64,000 nt of DNA from Candidatus Latescibacterota bacterium (GTDB lineage: Bacteria > Latescibacterota > UBA2968 > UBA8231): NCBI GenBank assembly GCA_965248265.1, contig CBDFJF010000002.1:4032001-4096000 (forward strand), in the 5' to 3' direction. A program made the translations under genes and the position numbers. Shown here piece after piece: positions 19,737 through 30,224 of this stretch. Every line of letters begins with the position of its first letter. The stretch's first letter is position 1. Under the pieces are notes generated by a model. That model saw only the letters and a list, made by a program, of their open reading frames with translations. It was not told where the DNA came from and made no database searches.

Positions 19737-21614
19737 TCATGGAGCGAAGAATATCGCCAGCAGCCCGATCGCTATTGAACCCGACAGACCGAGCTCGACG
19801 ACCTTGTTGCCCGGATTGACCTCCGCGTAGACGACGTCCTCGGAGCGAAGCCAGCTGACCTCACGGTCATCGACTACATCGTTGCGGGAAGCACGAACCC
19901 GATCTACCCAATCCACGTTCCCATCGGCACTCTCGAGCCTGAGCAACAGATCGCCGCTGGCATCACGGGAACGCTTCTTGGTACCGAACACGGACTTCAA
20001 TGTCCCACCCGATGGTCGGTACACAACGCGACTATCGACGAGACGATAGTACAGCGTGCCTGCTCCGCCATGTTTGATGGCATCGTCGCTGGCATCGTCG
20101 TTGCTGACTTCGTCGCCGTCGTCACCGGGAACCCCTACCACGACGGTCACGCCCTTTTGCATCAGAGCCTCCGTCAGCAGCTCATCGACTACCCAACTCC
20201 TTGATTTCTTGCTGGTCGGACTCAGATGTACTCGGTCCCCGCTGTCGAGGGGTGCGCCTTTGATCTGTTGGGCCAACCGTTCGCGAATGGCCATGCTCAC
20301 TGCTTCCAGATCGGTAATTACACTCCCGCTCGCTGTTTTACCCTCGAAGGACGTACCGTCGACCGATTCGGCAAACAGAGCCTCAACCCAGATCATAGGC
20401 CCGGTAGCAGCGCGCACCTCGCGCTCAGTACCCGCGGGTACAAAGCTACCTGTCCATTCGAATGGACCCTGGCGTCGGGGCAGTACCTCCAACTCGATGC
20501 CAATCCGATCTCCAGGTTTCAGCGTCAAAGGGCCCTTAACGACGATGTCTCGCGCTTCCAGTGTCGCCGACCTGGATTCACCATTGTCGACGATTGTGAT
20601 GTCGTCGAAGCTGGTGGGAACTGAGGCGCGCAAGGCATCCACCACTATCCTTCCGTTAGTCGCAGGGTTGTACCACTCGAGGTTCAGTCGCTGGGGGCGG
20701 CCCTGCTGAAGCCTGCCTGATGCAGCTGACACGCGCAGTTGCGGCAATCCGGCGATTCGCAGCTCAATGGGCGATAGCGGAGACCCGTGAGCCTCTGCGG
20801 AGATGACGTACCCGATCAGCTGTTCCACGCGAGGTCCGCCCTGCACCTGGCATCTGATTGTCGTCGTCGTGCTGTCCCCTGGACCGATAGCCATAGTACT
20901 CAAATTGTCACTCAAATTGTCACTCAAGTTGTCATCCGGCGACATCCCCTCCGGCCACCTCAATTGCACCCCCTCGACGGCCATGTCAGGATGCGGGTTG
21001 TGCAACTGCAGCCGTATGTCGACTTGCTCGCCGGCGAACAGGTACGTCGGACTGGCGGACATGATCAGATGGAGGGGGGGCCGAACACGGAGGGGAACGG
21101 AAACCTGGTGAGCCACCGCATCCACTTTCTCAGTCGAATACATGCTCCCTACGAAGGGTACATCGGCCGATCCTGTCAGCGGCACCAGTTCAATCGACAA
21201 CGAATCGCTGAGCGCCCTGCTCAGGGGAGACAGGGAATAATCGATCTCCAGATCCGTTGCGGATCGAGTCACGACTCCCCGAGCTGAGTGCGCCGCCACC
21301 AGCCGCACCTTTTCGGTGTCGAAGCCTACACTGGCCCTGACAATGGCTTCGCCGTCACCGGGGAAAAAGGAGAGGACCAGGTGGACTTCCTGACTGATAC
21401 CGGGACCAGCAATCGATTGGGGATCGAATCGTGCGCTGAAGGTGGAGCGCCCCTCAACCACCGTGCTCGCAAGAGCCCAACTGGCAAGAATGGCAGCAAC
21501 TGCTCCTTGCAGGTATCCCCTTGGCACTTTTCGGAATTCGGGTGCGAAAATGCGGCTCAGGCTGCGAAAAAGGGTCAAAAAACTGCTGTCTCGGAGTGGG
21601 TAGAAAACGCCCAA
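19737..21614 (-). CDS. Hypothetical exported protein with beta-rich (Ig-like) domains and a C-terminal hydrophobic helix
   Basis: Long ORF with a signal-like segment; ends GLSGSIAIGLLAIFFAP. Start uncertain. Confidence 0.6.
   Translation of the reverse strand: MGVFYPLRDSSFLTLFRSLSRIFAPEFRKVPRGYLQGAVAAILASWALASTVVEGRSTFSARFDPQSIAGPGISQEVHLVLSFFPGDGEAIVRASVGFDTEKVRLVAAHSARGVVTRSATDLEIDYSLSPLSRALSDSLSIELVPLTGSADVPFVGSMYSTEKVDAVAHQVSVPLRVRPPLHLIMSASPTYLFAGEQVDIRLQLHNPHPDMAVEGVQLRWPEGMSPDDNLSDNLSDNLSTMAIGPGDSTTTTIRCQVQGGPRVEQLIGYVISAEAHGSPLSPIELRIAGLPQLRVSAASGRLQQGRPQRLNLEWYNPATNGRIVVDALRASVPTSFDDITIVDNGESRSATLEARDIVVKGPLTLKPGDRIGIELEVLPRRQGPFEWTGSFVPAGTEREVRAATGPMIWVEALFAESVDGTSFEGKTASGSVITDLEAVSMAIRERLAQQIKGAPLDSGDRVHLSPTSKKSRSWVVDELLTEALMQKGVTVVVGVPGDDGDEVSNDDASDDAIKHGGAGTLYYRLVDSRVVYRPSGGTLKSVFGTKKRSRDASGDLLLRLESADGNVDWVDRVRASRNDVVDDREVSWLRSEDVVYAEVNPGNKVVELGLSGSIAIGLLAIFFAP
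20898..20933. repeat. In-frame 12-bp tandem repeat x3 (DNLS x3)
   Basis: ACTCAAATTGTC, ACTCAAATTGTC, ACTCAAGTTGTC. Confidence 0.85.
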
Positions 21615-21970
21615 AGTTACTTTGCGCGTTAGACTTGCGTCAAATCAACGTTAACATACCTAACATCGGCTGTCAAGGGATGCTGGTCTCATTGTGCTGT
21701 CTGTGACCTCGGAGATACCGAGGAGTTCCTCAGTCTCTGGCGATCCGCCCAAACCGAGAAAAACCAGTCCTGCGAAACTGTCGCTAACAGTAGTAAACAC
21801 TTGACTTGTGAGCACCCGGCGAGATACGTTACGACCTCGTGAGATGGGCTCAATTGATGGTCTGGAGGCTCATGTCTGTCCGATGGTCGTGAGCGCACGT
21901 CCGAACATCGGTGTCTGGAAGGTACTGGGAATCCCGCTCGACGTTTGCCATAGGTTTTTACCAAATTGCT

Positions 21971-22708
21971 ATGTTGGATGTGACCATATACCTGGTCTGT
22001 GCCCTGAGTGCGGGGCTGGCAGCGCTGCTGCTGTTGCCCGTGGTCGTGGCGGTGCAGGCGCGGCGGACCGACCATCCTGGTGCCACGGCGTTTCGCCTCG
22101 ATGGGGCCCTGTTCGGCGGTCTCATCGGTATCAGTCTGCACCAGAGCGATGATACTCGGCGGCTGTATCCCCTCTGGCACCGGTGGACGATTGGCCGTGG
22201 ACACATCCTGGGGAAACAGACCGCGCAAGCAGGGCGTTCCAGCAGCGATGCGGCTGTTGATGCCGACACCGACCAGCAGGACGAGCGCGCCCAGGATGAG
22301 GCCGGGCGCAGATACTCTATCAGCCAGCTGATGACCCTGGTTGAACGAGTACGAGAGATGTCCCGACTGCTGGCGCGCCCCGGGTTACAGTTGCTTCGAT
22401 CACTGCGGCACGTTGCCAGCCTACGCCGACTAACACTTAGAGGACACCTTGGACTCGCCGATCCAGCATCAACCGGTTCGGCCTGCGCGCTGCTGTTGGG
22501 GGTGCGGGCGTTAAATGCCAAGCGAGTCAAGATCGATGTTGCGCCCGACTTCGTCACACCGAGGGCCGAGGGTCATGCCCACCTTGTCATACACTTGCAC
22601 CTTGGATACGCCCTGGCCTGCATCCTCCGCTTCGGACTGAGGGTAGGCCTGGGTTGGTTGGTGCTGCGCGCGCGCAAGATAGCCATACCCGGTTTTCAAA
22701 CAAGGTAA
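21971..22708 (+). CDS. DUF2953-like (YtfI-like) membrane-anchored protein
   Basis: GLADPASTG...L...I.VAPDF motif; lies directly upstream of the ytfJ-like gene. Start ATG 21971 is inferred. Confidence 0.65.
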   Translation: MLDVTIYLVCALSAGLAALLLLPVVVAVQARRTDHPGATAFRLDGALFGGLIGISLHQSDDTRRLYPLWHRWTIGRGHILGKQTAQAGRSSSDAAVDADTDQQDERAQDEAGRRYSISQLMTLVERVREMSRLLARPGLQLLRSLRHVASLRRLTLRGHLGLADPASTGSACALLLGVRALNAKRVKIDVAPDFVTPRAEGHAHLVIHLHLGYALACILRFGLRVGLGWLVLRARKIAIPGFQTR

Positions 22709-22730
22709 CTCAATAAGGAATAGGACTCTG

Positions 22731-23132
22731 ATGGCATCATCCGTCGAAGCGTTGATCGAGCGCGTCATGGGCGAACTCCACCGCATAGTACAGACTCAAA
22801 CGGTCGTGGGCGAACCGGTGCAGGCAGGCAGCGTCATTCTGGTGCCGGTCTCGAAAATCTCTTTCGGTTTTGGGGCCGGCGGAGGACAGGAAGGCAAGGG
22901 GCAAAGCGGCACCGGTGGCGGAGCGACGGTGGAGCCAATCGCCTTCGTCGTCATCGACGCTGAGGGGAAAGCCCAGTTGCTCACCTTCAAGGAGAAGGAG
23001 ATCAATTGGAGCCAGCTGATGGAACTGATGCCGGGCGCGATCGGCAAAATCAAGTCGTTTGTCTCGAAGGAAAAGAAATCGGATGAGCCGGATCCCGATC
23101 CGGAAGAGGAAGACGGAGAACCGTCGTCTTGA
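22731..23132 (+). CDS. ytfJ: YtfJ/GerW family protein
   Basis: TVVGEPV...LVPVSKISFGFGAGGG...GTGGGATVEPIAFVVI. Confidence 0.9.
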   Translation: MASSVEALIERVMGELHRIVQTQTVVGEPVQAGSVILVPVSKISFGFGAGGGQEGKGQSGTGGGATVEPIAFVVIDAEGKAQLLTFKEKEINWSQLMELMPGAIGKIKSFVSKEKKSDEPDPDPEEEDGEPSS

Positions 23133-23167
23133 AGACGGAGAACCGTCCGTCTTGAACACGGAGAAGC
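23109..23167. repeat. 22-23-bp hairpin-containing tandem repeat (about 2.6 copies) at the convergent ytfJ/rlmN junction
   Basis: GAAGACGGAGAACCGTCGTCTT, GAAGACGGAGAACCGTCCGTCTT, GAACACGGAGAAGC. Confidence 0.85.
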
Positions 23168-23185
23168 GAAATCCGCCTGCTGGAG

Positions 23186-24295
23186 CTATCCTGTAAGCAC
23201 AGGCTCCCGGTACAGTTGGCCACAAGCGGCGGCGATGTCGCGTCCTCTGCTTTCTCGGAGGGTCACCGTGCGAGAGGTTACAGACCGATCTTCGAGCGCA
23301 AGCCGAAAACTGCGGATACGCTCCTCTGATGGCCGCCGGAAAACTGTATCCCCTGTCGACGGCGATTCCTCTTGGTCGAGCTCATTATACGGAATCAGGT
23401 TAACTTTGCAGGGGATGTCGCTTGTGAGATCGGCCAGGCGCCTGGCGTCATCGTCGCTGTCGGTGACCTGATCCATCAACACGTACTCGAAGGTTACCCT
23501 GCGACCACGCCTCTCGAAATAGTCACGTGCCGCCTCTAAGAGTTGGGCGATAGGGAATTTCTTATTGATCGGCATGATCTGGCTGCGCTGTTTGTCCGTC
23601 GTGGCATTGAGGGAGATCGCCAGGCCCACATTCAGGTCCTCCTCCATCGACAACTTCTCGATACCCGGGACATATCCGGCCGTCGACACCGTGATGCGGC
23701 GGCCGCCAACACCCAAGCCCTCGACACCCATCACTCTCAGCGCCTGCGTTACGTTGTCGTAATTGAGCAAGGGCTCCCCCATGCCCATCATGACCACGTT
23801 CGTCACCCGTTCCTGGCGGCGCCTGGCCCATGCGTTCATTCGCAGCAACTGGTCAACGATCTCTCCAGAGGTCAGGTTGCGCCCCTTGAAACCCATCTTT
23901 CCAGTCGCGCAAAACTTGCAGTCGAGAGGACACCCGACCTGAGAGGACAGGCACGCCGTGCGCCGCGAGCCATCGCTGATCAGCACCGACTCAACACTGG
24001 TGGCTCCGGGAATCCCAAAAAGAAATTTGACGGTGGCATCCAAGGCCGATTCACGACGGGCCAACTCCTCCAACCGGGTGATTTTAACGCTGGCAGCCAT
24101 CGCCGTGCGCCACGATTGTGGCAGGTTGGTCATGTTGTCCAGGTGCGACACATCCTTCTCATACAACCAGGAGAGCAGTTGTCTGGCCCGATAGGGTGCT
24201 TCTCCGGTGCTGACGACCAGGTCAGTCAACTCCTCAGGGGGCATGCCCTTGAGGTCGATGAGGCCTTGCGGGGGGCTGGCGGTCTCAGCAGTCAT
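23186..24295 (-). CDS. rlmN: Dual-specificity RNA methyltransferase RlmN
   Basis: CLSSQVGCPLDCKFCATG, MGMGEPLLN, FEYVL, NLIPYN and RGRDIAAACGQL motifs. Confidence 0.97.
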   Translation of the reverse strand: MTAETASPPQGLIDLKGMPPEELTDLVVSTGEAPYRARQLLSWLYEKDVSHLDNMTNLPQSWRTAMAASVKITRLEELARRESALDATVKFLFGIPGATSVESVLISDGSRRTACLSSQVGCPLDCKFCATGKMGFKGRNLTSGEIVDQLLRMNAWARRRQERVTNVVMMGMGEPLLNYDNVTQALRVMGVEGLGVGGRRITVSTAGYVPGIEKLSMEEDLNVGLAISLNATTDKQRSQIMPINKKFPIAQLLEAARDYFERRGRRVTFEYVLMDQVTDSDDDARRLADLTSDIPCKVNLIPYNELDQEESPSTGDTVFRRPSEERIRSFRLALEDRSVTSRTVTLRESRGRDIAAACGQLYREPVLTG

Positions 24296-24435
24296 GAAGG
24301 CTGTCGCGGTTTGAGTAAATGCCGTAGGTTTATTATTATAGGGAGTTTACGACGCTTGTGCTAATTTCGACGGCAATCGGATAAAACGAGATTACTGCAA
24401 TGAGAGAGCACCTCGATGAGAGTAAGCCGAGGTAG

Positions 24436-25857
24436 ATGAGAAAACCTACTCCCACGCCACCGGCAATCTGGTTCTGGTCACTTTGCCTTGGCCTGGTCTG
24501 CCTTACCGGCTTGAGATCTTCGATTCTCCTGGGTGACCCGTCCGGGGCCTCGGAGTCATCGACGGCCTCTGATTCTGATGTGAATGCGTCTCCCCTCACT
24601 CCTACTGCGTCGATGGAGTCCCGCTTGCCAACCGGCGACGATGGGGCCGTTATCGTACCAGTAACGGCGCGAGTGGCTGATTCGTCCTCGACGACGGATG
24701 CACCAATTGCGACCGTTGCCGAACCGCCGGTTCGCGTCATCGTCGATACCCTCCGCAGAAACGACTCCATCTACCTTTCACTCAAGCGCCGGAGCGTTCC
24801 CGAAGCCCAGATCATAGAACTGGACCAGGCGATTCGATCGGTTTTTCGCGCCAAGAGCGAATCCAAGACAGGCGATACCTACCGGCTGGAACTGGATGAC
24901 CTCGAGCGGATCAGACGCTTCGATTACACCCCGGTGACGTCGCCTGAACGGCCCATCCGGGTGATGATGACGGATGGGCAGCTGGTTGCCGAAAGACTCT
25001 CCATTCCACTGGACGAGCGAGTGTTCGCCATCGAGGTCTCGATCGAAGACAACCTGGCCAATGCCATCGCGGCAGCCGGAGAAGACGATCCACTGACGAC
25101 CCTGCTGGCAGATGACATCTTCGGGTCGGTGATCGATTTCCGCACGCATCCACGGCGTGGCGACAGGCTGGGTCTGTTGTTCACCAAACGGTTTCTGAAC
25201 GAGCGCTTTGTTAGCTACGGCCGCGTGTTGTTCGCCCGCTACGTCGGGCGAAAGGTATCACAGGTAGCCGTGGACTACGAAGACCCGGAGGGAGCACGTG
25301 GCTACTACGACGGAGACGGCCGCTCACTCGAGCGGATGTTCCTGATCAATCCCATGAGATATGTACGAATCAGTTCCGGCTTCAGTCGCAAACGCTTCCA
25401 CCCCGTGCTGAAGAAGAAACGTCCGCATCTTGGAACGGATTACGCCGCCAGTACCGGCACAAGAGTTTGGGCGACCGCGAAGGGCCGGATCGCTTTCGCG
25501 GGCCGTAAGGGTGGCTACGGAAAGCTTGTCGAAATCGAGCACGCCAATGGCTATCGCACCCGTTATGCTCATTTGAGCCGCATCCACGTTCGCAGCGGAC
25601 AGACGGTGCAGAAGGCGGAGGTTGTGGGCCGGGTCGGGGCGACCGGACTTGCCACGGGTCCGCACCTTCACTACGAACTACTCAAGGACGGACGCCATAT
25701 CAACCCGGCTTCAGCCAACAAGGGACGGGTAGGGCAACCGCTGCGCCCCAAGTACGCAATGCATTTCGCCGATCACAGTGACAAACTTCTGCGCATGCTC
25801 GAGGCGGCGGTCGGACACAGCTACCCAGCCTCAGGCGTGGTAGCGGAGAGCCGTTGA
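24436..25857 (+). CDS. M23 family murein endopeptidase (MepM-like)
   Basis: RFHPVL...HLGTDYAA, GGYGKLV, YAHLS and TGPHLHYE motifs. Confidence 0.93.
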   Translation: MRKPTPTPPAIWFWSLCLGLVCLTGLRSSILLGDPSGASESSTASDSDVNASPLTPTASMESRLPTGDDGAVIVPVTARVADSSSTTDAPIATVAEPPVRVIVDTLRRNDSIYLSLKRRSVPEAQIIELDQAIRSVFRAKSESKTGDTYRLELDDLERIRRFDYTPVTSPERPIRVMMTDGQLVAERLSIPLDERVFAIEVSIEDNLANAIAAAGEDDPLTTLLADDIFGSVIDFRTHPRRGDRLGLLFTKRFLNERFVSYGRVLFARYVGRKVSQVAVDYEDPEGARGYYDGDGRSLERMFLINPMRYVRISSGFSRKRFHPVLKKKRPHLGTDYAASTGTRVWATAKGRIAFAGRKGGYGKLVEIEHANGYRTRYAHLSRIHVRSGQTVQKAEVVGRVGATGLATGPHLHYELLKDGRHINPASANKGRVGQPLRPKYAMHFADHSDKLLRMLEAAVGHSYPASGVVAESR

Positions 25858-25914
25858 TGCCATATATTGGCGGGACGTACACCTATTGGCGGTGATCACC
25901 CGGTACGAAGACGC

Positions 25915-26316
25915 ATGGACGAGCAATTTCTTAAGGACATAGAGGAACTGGCTGACGCAGACGGTCGATACGCCAAGGCGGCATACCTGTTCATCTACGA
26001 TGCGCTACAGTACACGGTGGAAAAGCTGGGCAAAGAAAGTCTGCCCAAGCCGCAGCGGCACGTTTCAGGTCGCGAATTGGTTCAGGCGTTGAGCGAGTAT
26101 GGTATGGATCAATTCGGCCCACTCACGAACTCCGTGTTCGAGCATTGGGGAGTGCGGGAGACCCGCGACTTCGGCGAGATCGTCTTCAACCTCGTCGGCG
26201 CCAATCTGATGAGTAAGACGGAAGACGACCGTATCGAAGATTTTACCAACGTCTACGATTTCGACGACGAATTCGATTGGAAAAAGCGCCGCGCCGAGTT
26301 CAGACGCGGAGCCTGA
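25915..26316 (+). CDS. Minf_1886-like conserved protein (Planctomycete/Verrucomicrobia-type family)
   Basis: DGRY..AYLFIYDAL, HVSGREL, FGPL...VFEHWGV..T.DFGEIVFNLV and DRIEDF motifs. Confidence 0.8.
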   Translation: MDEQFLKDIEELADADGRYAKAAYLFIYDALQYTVEKLGKESLPKPQRHVSGRELVQALSEYGMDQFGPLTNSVFEHWGVRETRDFGEIVFNLVGANLMSKTEDDRIEDFTNVYDFDDEFDWKKRRAEFRRGA

Positions 26317-26347
26317 ATACCCGCCCTCGCGCCGATCCTTCCGACCT

Positions 26348-27700
26348 ATGAAGATCGCCTACTTCGATTGCTTTTCCGGTATCAGCGGCGACATGATCCT
26401 CGGATCGATCGTCGACGCCGGGCTTGATCCGACTCTGTTGGTGAGCGAGCTCGACAAGCTAGGTCTCGACGGTGTCAACGTTTCGTTCGAGGGTACCTTC
26501 AGGAAAGCAATCAAGGCCACGCAGGTACAGGTCACAACGACGGAGACCTCCCGCGAAAACGGACATACCCACCAACAGCTCATCCATCCTGAGCTCACGC
26601 AGGCTGCACATGCGCATGGCGATGACCACTTGGTTTTGCACGAACACACCAGCACCGCCGTTTCCCACCGCCGTCTCAAGGACATTTTAGCTATCCTGCA
26701 GAGCGGTTGCCTGCATCCCGACGACGCCGCGACGGCAACGGACATCTTCACCCGGCTTGCCCGGGCGGAGGCGCACGTCCACGGCCTTTCGGCGGAGCGG
26801 GATGTGGCTCTGCATGAGGTAGGTGCCGTGGACGCCATCATCGACATCGTCGGAGCGGTGGCGGGCCTGAGACTGTTGGGAGTCGATGAAGTGTGGTCCT
26901 CTCCTTTACGCTGCGGTACCGGCTTCGTCCGCTGCGCGCACGGCAGGTACCCGGTGCCCGTGCCCGGGGTTCTGGCGCTATGCGAGGGCGTCCCGCTGGT
27001 ACAGACTGGCGTCGAAGCGGAACTGATAACTCCGACGGGAGCCGCCATCATCACCACTCTCGCCAACCATTTTGGCACTCCGCCTTCTTTCCGGCAGACG
27101 GCGGTCGGGTACGGAGCAGGCAGTCGTGATCTGGACGAGCAGCCCAATCTACTCCGCCTGCGGTTGGGGGAGGTCAGCCGGGGCCAAGGTAACCGGTCCC
27201 CGATTCCCGACGACGCCGGCGAGAGCATGTGGATGGAGGCCTCCACGGACGACGAACAGAGGGACCGGGTGATCCAGTTGGAAGCCAACATCGACGACAT
27301 GAACCCGGAAGTGTACGGCTACGTCATCGACCTGTTGCTCGAAAAAGGAGCCCGCGACGTTTACCTGACTCCCGTGCACATGAAGAAGGGGCGTCCCGGG
27401 ACCCTGCTGACTGCGTTGGCCGAAGAAGGCAGTATGGAAGCAATCAGCGAAGCGATCCTTACGGAAACAACGACGTTGGGTGTGCGCTACAGCCTCAAGA
27501 CCAGACGTGTCCTGCCCCGCCGGATGATGACGGCCTCGACCCCCTATGGAGATGTCAGGGTTAAAGCCACCGCCACGGGTACCCACAGTCGCTTCGCACC
27601 CGAGTATGAGGACTGTGCAACCTTGGCGCGTCTGAAAGGTATTCCCATTCTCTCAGTGTACAAGGCAGCCCTGGCGGCCGTCGAAAAGGACGCAACCTAA
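26348..27700 (+). CDS. larC: Nickel pincer cofactor biosynthesis protein LarC
   Basis: YFDCFSGISGDM, His-rich linker, HEVGAVDAIIDI, ELITPTGAA, EANIDDMNPE, MKKGRPG and PEYEDC motifs. Confidence 0.95.
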   Translation: MKIAYFDCFSGISGDMILGSIVDAGLDPTLLVSELDKLGLDGVNVSFEGTFRKAIKATQVQVTTTETSRENGHTHQQLIHPELTQAAHAHGDDHLVLHEHTSTAVSHRRLKDILAILQSGCLHPDDAATATDIFTRLARAEAHVHGLSAERDVALHEVGAVDAIIDIVGAVAGLRLLGVDEVWSSPLRCGTGFVRCAHGRYPVPVPGVLALCEGVPLVQTGVEAELITPTGAAIITTLANHFGTPPSFRQTAVGYGAGSRDLDEQPNLLRLRLGEVSRGQGNRSPIPDDAGESMWMEASTDDEQRDRVIQLEANIDDMNPEVYGYVIDLLLEKGARDVYLTPVHMKKGRPGTLLTALAEEGSMEAISEAILTETTTLGVRYSLKTRRVLPRRMMTASTPYGDVRVKATATGTHSRFAPEYEDCATLARLKGIPILSVYKAALAAVEKDAT

Positions 27701-28485
27701 TGTTGATGACGATGGCACTGATCGTGGCGCTAAGCCATGCAGCGGTTAGCGCTGAGGACGCGGACGATCAGGGCGACGCAGCGCTTCCGTTTGGCGTCGG
27801 CGCTCTGGATGAGTTCGACAACGTGCAATTCCTGCCGGCGCTCAACGAAAAGGAAACCAGCACCCGCCTGGTACTGGGTGACGCCAATGGTTTCGTCCAC
27901 ATCTACGAAAAGCTCAAAGACATCTACGAGGAAGTCTGGATAAGCGAATTTCTGGAGAGTGCTGTTGCCGGTATCTTCATCGTCGACACGGATGCGGACG
28001 ATCTCGTGGAAATCCTCGTGTACACTGAGGAGGGACGCGTTCACCTGTTCGACCTGGGTGACTACCATACGATCTGGAGCAATCCTCCGAACGAGTACGA
28101 GAAAATTACGACCATGGCCGTCCACAACATCGACGATGACGAACAGGTCGAGCTGATCCTGTGTGCGGACAACCGGCTCGTCCTCTACGATGGCAAGGAC
28201 CGATTCGAGGAGTGGCGCAGTGACCAGAACAACCTGGCGTCGACGGACATCGTGATTGGAGACGCTGACGGCGACGGCTCCGACGAGATCATCCTCAATG
28301 ACGGCTTTGTGTTCGATTCCCGCTTCCTCGATTTGGAGTGGGAGTCGCCTGATTCGTTCGGCGAGCGCATCGGTCTCATGGATATCGACGGCGACGGCAT
28401 CGTCGAGGTCATCGGCGAATTCAACGGCCGTTTTGTGCGGATTTTCGACATAGACGAGCGCAGCATGAAAATCACGCAGAGATAG
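27700..28485 (+). CDS. Acidic exported protein with FG-GAP-like (DxDxD) repeats
   Basis: Signal peptide; [30 protein letters not shown] and [10 protein letters not shown] repeats. Confidence 0.75.
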   Translation: MLMTMALIVALSHAAVSAEDADDQGDAALPFGVGALDEFDNVQFLPALNEKETSTRLVLGDANGFVHIYEKLKDIYEEVWISEFLESAVAGIFIVDTDADDLVEILVYTEEGRVHLFDLGDYHTIWSNPPNEYEKITTMAVHNIDDDEQVELILCADNRLVLYDGKDRFEEWRSDQNNLASTDIVIGDADGDGSDEIILNDGFVFDSRFLDLEWESPDSFGERIGLMDIDGDGIVEVIGEFNGRFVRIFDIDERSMKITQR

Positions 28486-28529
28486 ACTTCCCGGACACAA
28501 CTTCGGGCCAGAATAGGGAGTTGAGAATC

Positions 28530-29522
28530 ATGGCGCGACCGGTAACACTGTTCACGGGCCAATGGGCCGACTTCGATATAGAAACCATGTGCAAGAAGGC
28601 ACGGGCCTTCGGCTACGATGGCCTGGAGCTTGCCTGTTGGGGAGACCACTTCGAAGTCGATAAGGCCGATGACGATTATTGCGCCTCGAGACGCGAGCTG
28701 CTGGAGAGCCATGGATTGCAGCTGTTTTCGATTTCGGCGCATTTGGTCGGACAGGCTGTCTGTGACAACATCGACGAACGCCACCAGGCCATCCTGCCGC
28801 CCTATGTGTGGGGAGATGGGGATCCCGAAGGCGTGCGTCAGCGGGCAAGTGCCGAATTGGTCGAAACAGCCAAGGCTGCCAAACGACTCGGCGTTGAGGT
28901 CGTGAACGGCTTTACCGGCAGCTCCATATGGCACCTGATCTACTCCTTTCCGCCTACCCCGCCCACGATGATCACCCAGGGATTCGATGACTTTGGCAGG
29001 CGTTTTCGGCCAATTCTCGATGAGTTTCAGAAATTGGGCATCCGCTTCGCACTTGAGGTCCACCCGACCGAGATCGCCTTCGACATCGCTTCCGCTGAAA
29101 GGGCCGTCGAGGCAGTGAACGGACATCCCGCATTCGGCTTCAACTACGACCCGAGCCACCTGGGATACCAGGGCGTCGATTATGAAGAATTTATCTATCG
29201 CTTCGCCGATCGAATCTTTCACGTTCATATGAAGGATGTAGGCTGGTCACACACCCCCACCGAGGCCGGCGTCTTCGGTGGCCACCTCGATTTTGGCGAC
29301 CGACGGCGCTACTGGGATTTTCGCTCGCTCGGACGGGGAGACATTCAGTTCGAGGAGATTATCCGGGCATTGAACCGTATTCAATACGGTGGTCCGCTCT
29401 CTGTCGAGTGGGAGGACAGTGGCATGGATCGCGAGCATGGGGCTACCGAGGCCTGTGCCTTCGTGAATGCGGTGGACTTCCAACCAGCGGCCGCGGCCTT
29501 CGACTCTGCCTTCGCGGAATAG
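28530..29522 (+). CDS. Sugar phosphate isomerase/epimerase (xylose isomerase-like TIM barrel)
   Basis: [40 protein letters not shown] and SVEWED motifs. Confidence 0.92.
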   Translation: MARPVTLFTGQWADFDIETMCKKARAFGYDGLELACWGDHFEVDKADDDYCASRRELLESHGLQLFSISAHLVGQAVCDNIDERHQAILPPYVWGDGDPEGVRQRASAELVETAKAAKRLGVEVVNGFTGSSIWHLIYSFPPTPPTMITQGFDDFGRRFRPILDEFQKLGIRFALEVHPTEIAFDIASAERAVEAVNGHPAFGFNYDPSHLGYQGVDYEEFIYRFADRIFHVHMKDVGWSHTPTEAGVFGGHLDFGDRRRYWDFRSLGRGDIQFEEIIRALNRIQYGGPLSVEWEDSGMDREHGATEACAFVNAVDFQPAAAAFDSAFAE

Positions 29523-29540
29523 GCAGCCTGGCAATTCGCC

Positions 29541-30224
29541 ATGCCTCCGCCCTCACCCGGCCAACGCAGTATCGCAGCAGCACTCCTCCTCATCGCGGCG
29601 CTTCTGTGTACTCGATCGTATGCCCAAGAAGATGAGATCCTGGGCCAGGAGCTGGAACCAGAAGAGGTCGAAGCGTTCTCTGCCGCACTCACCGCCGCAC
29701 TGGTGGGACCGCGCGAGCGAGCGTTCGGTCAAGTCCTTGCGGATGCCAGAATCGAGTGGGACCACACCCTACAGGGCGAGATCAGTTACGACCTTATCGT
29801 CCAATACGATCCCAGCCGCTATCGCGACGCACACGCTGGGCTGTATCCGATGACGTTTGAGAATCAATTCGTCCTGTGGGGAAAGCGCATCGCCCTGTTT
29901 ACGCGCAGCAATCGCTGGCGCGCAGGTCGATTCTACCTGCACGACATCTCATTGGGAAAGCAGGCATGGATGCATGCCAGCGAGACCCGCAATCTCTATC
30001 CCCCAGCCTCGATGAAGATCACCTATCCCGCCGTCGTGGACCCTGAAAATTCAACCGGCGTCCGCGCCTGGCTCAAACTCATCCACAAGGTCGAGTACGG
30101 TACCGATCTTCGACGCATGAGCCGTTGGTTCCGGCTGATGCGCTCGGAAACAAGAGACGACGTCCAACGCCGGGCCCTCGACGAACAACAGAATGCCGCG
30201 GCCATGGAGCCCCAGACACCATGA
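29541..30224 (+). CDS. Hypothetical exported protein
   Basis: Signal-like N-terminus; stop overlaps the ATG of the next gene (ATGA). Confidence 0.65.
   Translation: MPPPSPGQRSIAAALLLIAALLCTRSYAQEDEILGQELEPEEVEAFSAALTAALVGPRERAFGQVLADARIEWDHTLQGEISYDLIVQYDPSRYRDAHAGLYPMTFENQFVLWGKRIALFTRSNRWRAGRFYLHDISLGKQAWMHASETRNLYPPASMKITYPAVVDPENSTGVRAWLKLIHKVEYGTDLRRMSRWFRLMRSETRDDVQRRALDEQQNAAAMEPQTP

Noticed and set aside
21801-21890. TTGACT-N18-TACGTT promoter-like motif followed by an imperfect 60-nt hairpin as a candidate ncRNA
   Set aside because: No recognisable RNA family motif, the predicted start site would cut the outer stem, and the pairing is plausible by chance.
26348-27700. larC without larA/larB/larE as a novelty
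   Set aside because: Dispersed lar genes are common, and the partners may lie elsewhere in the genome.
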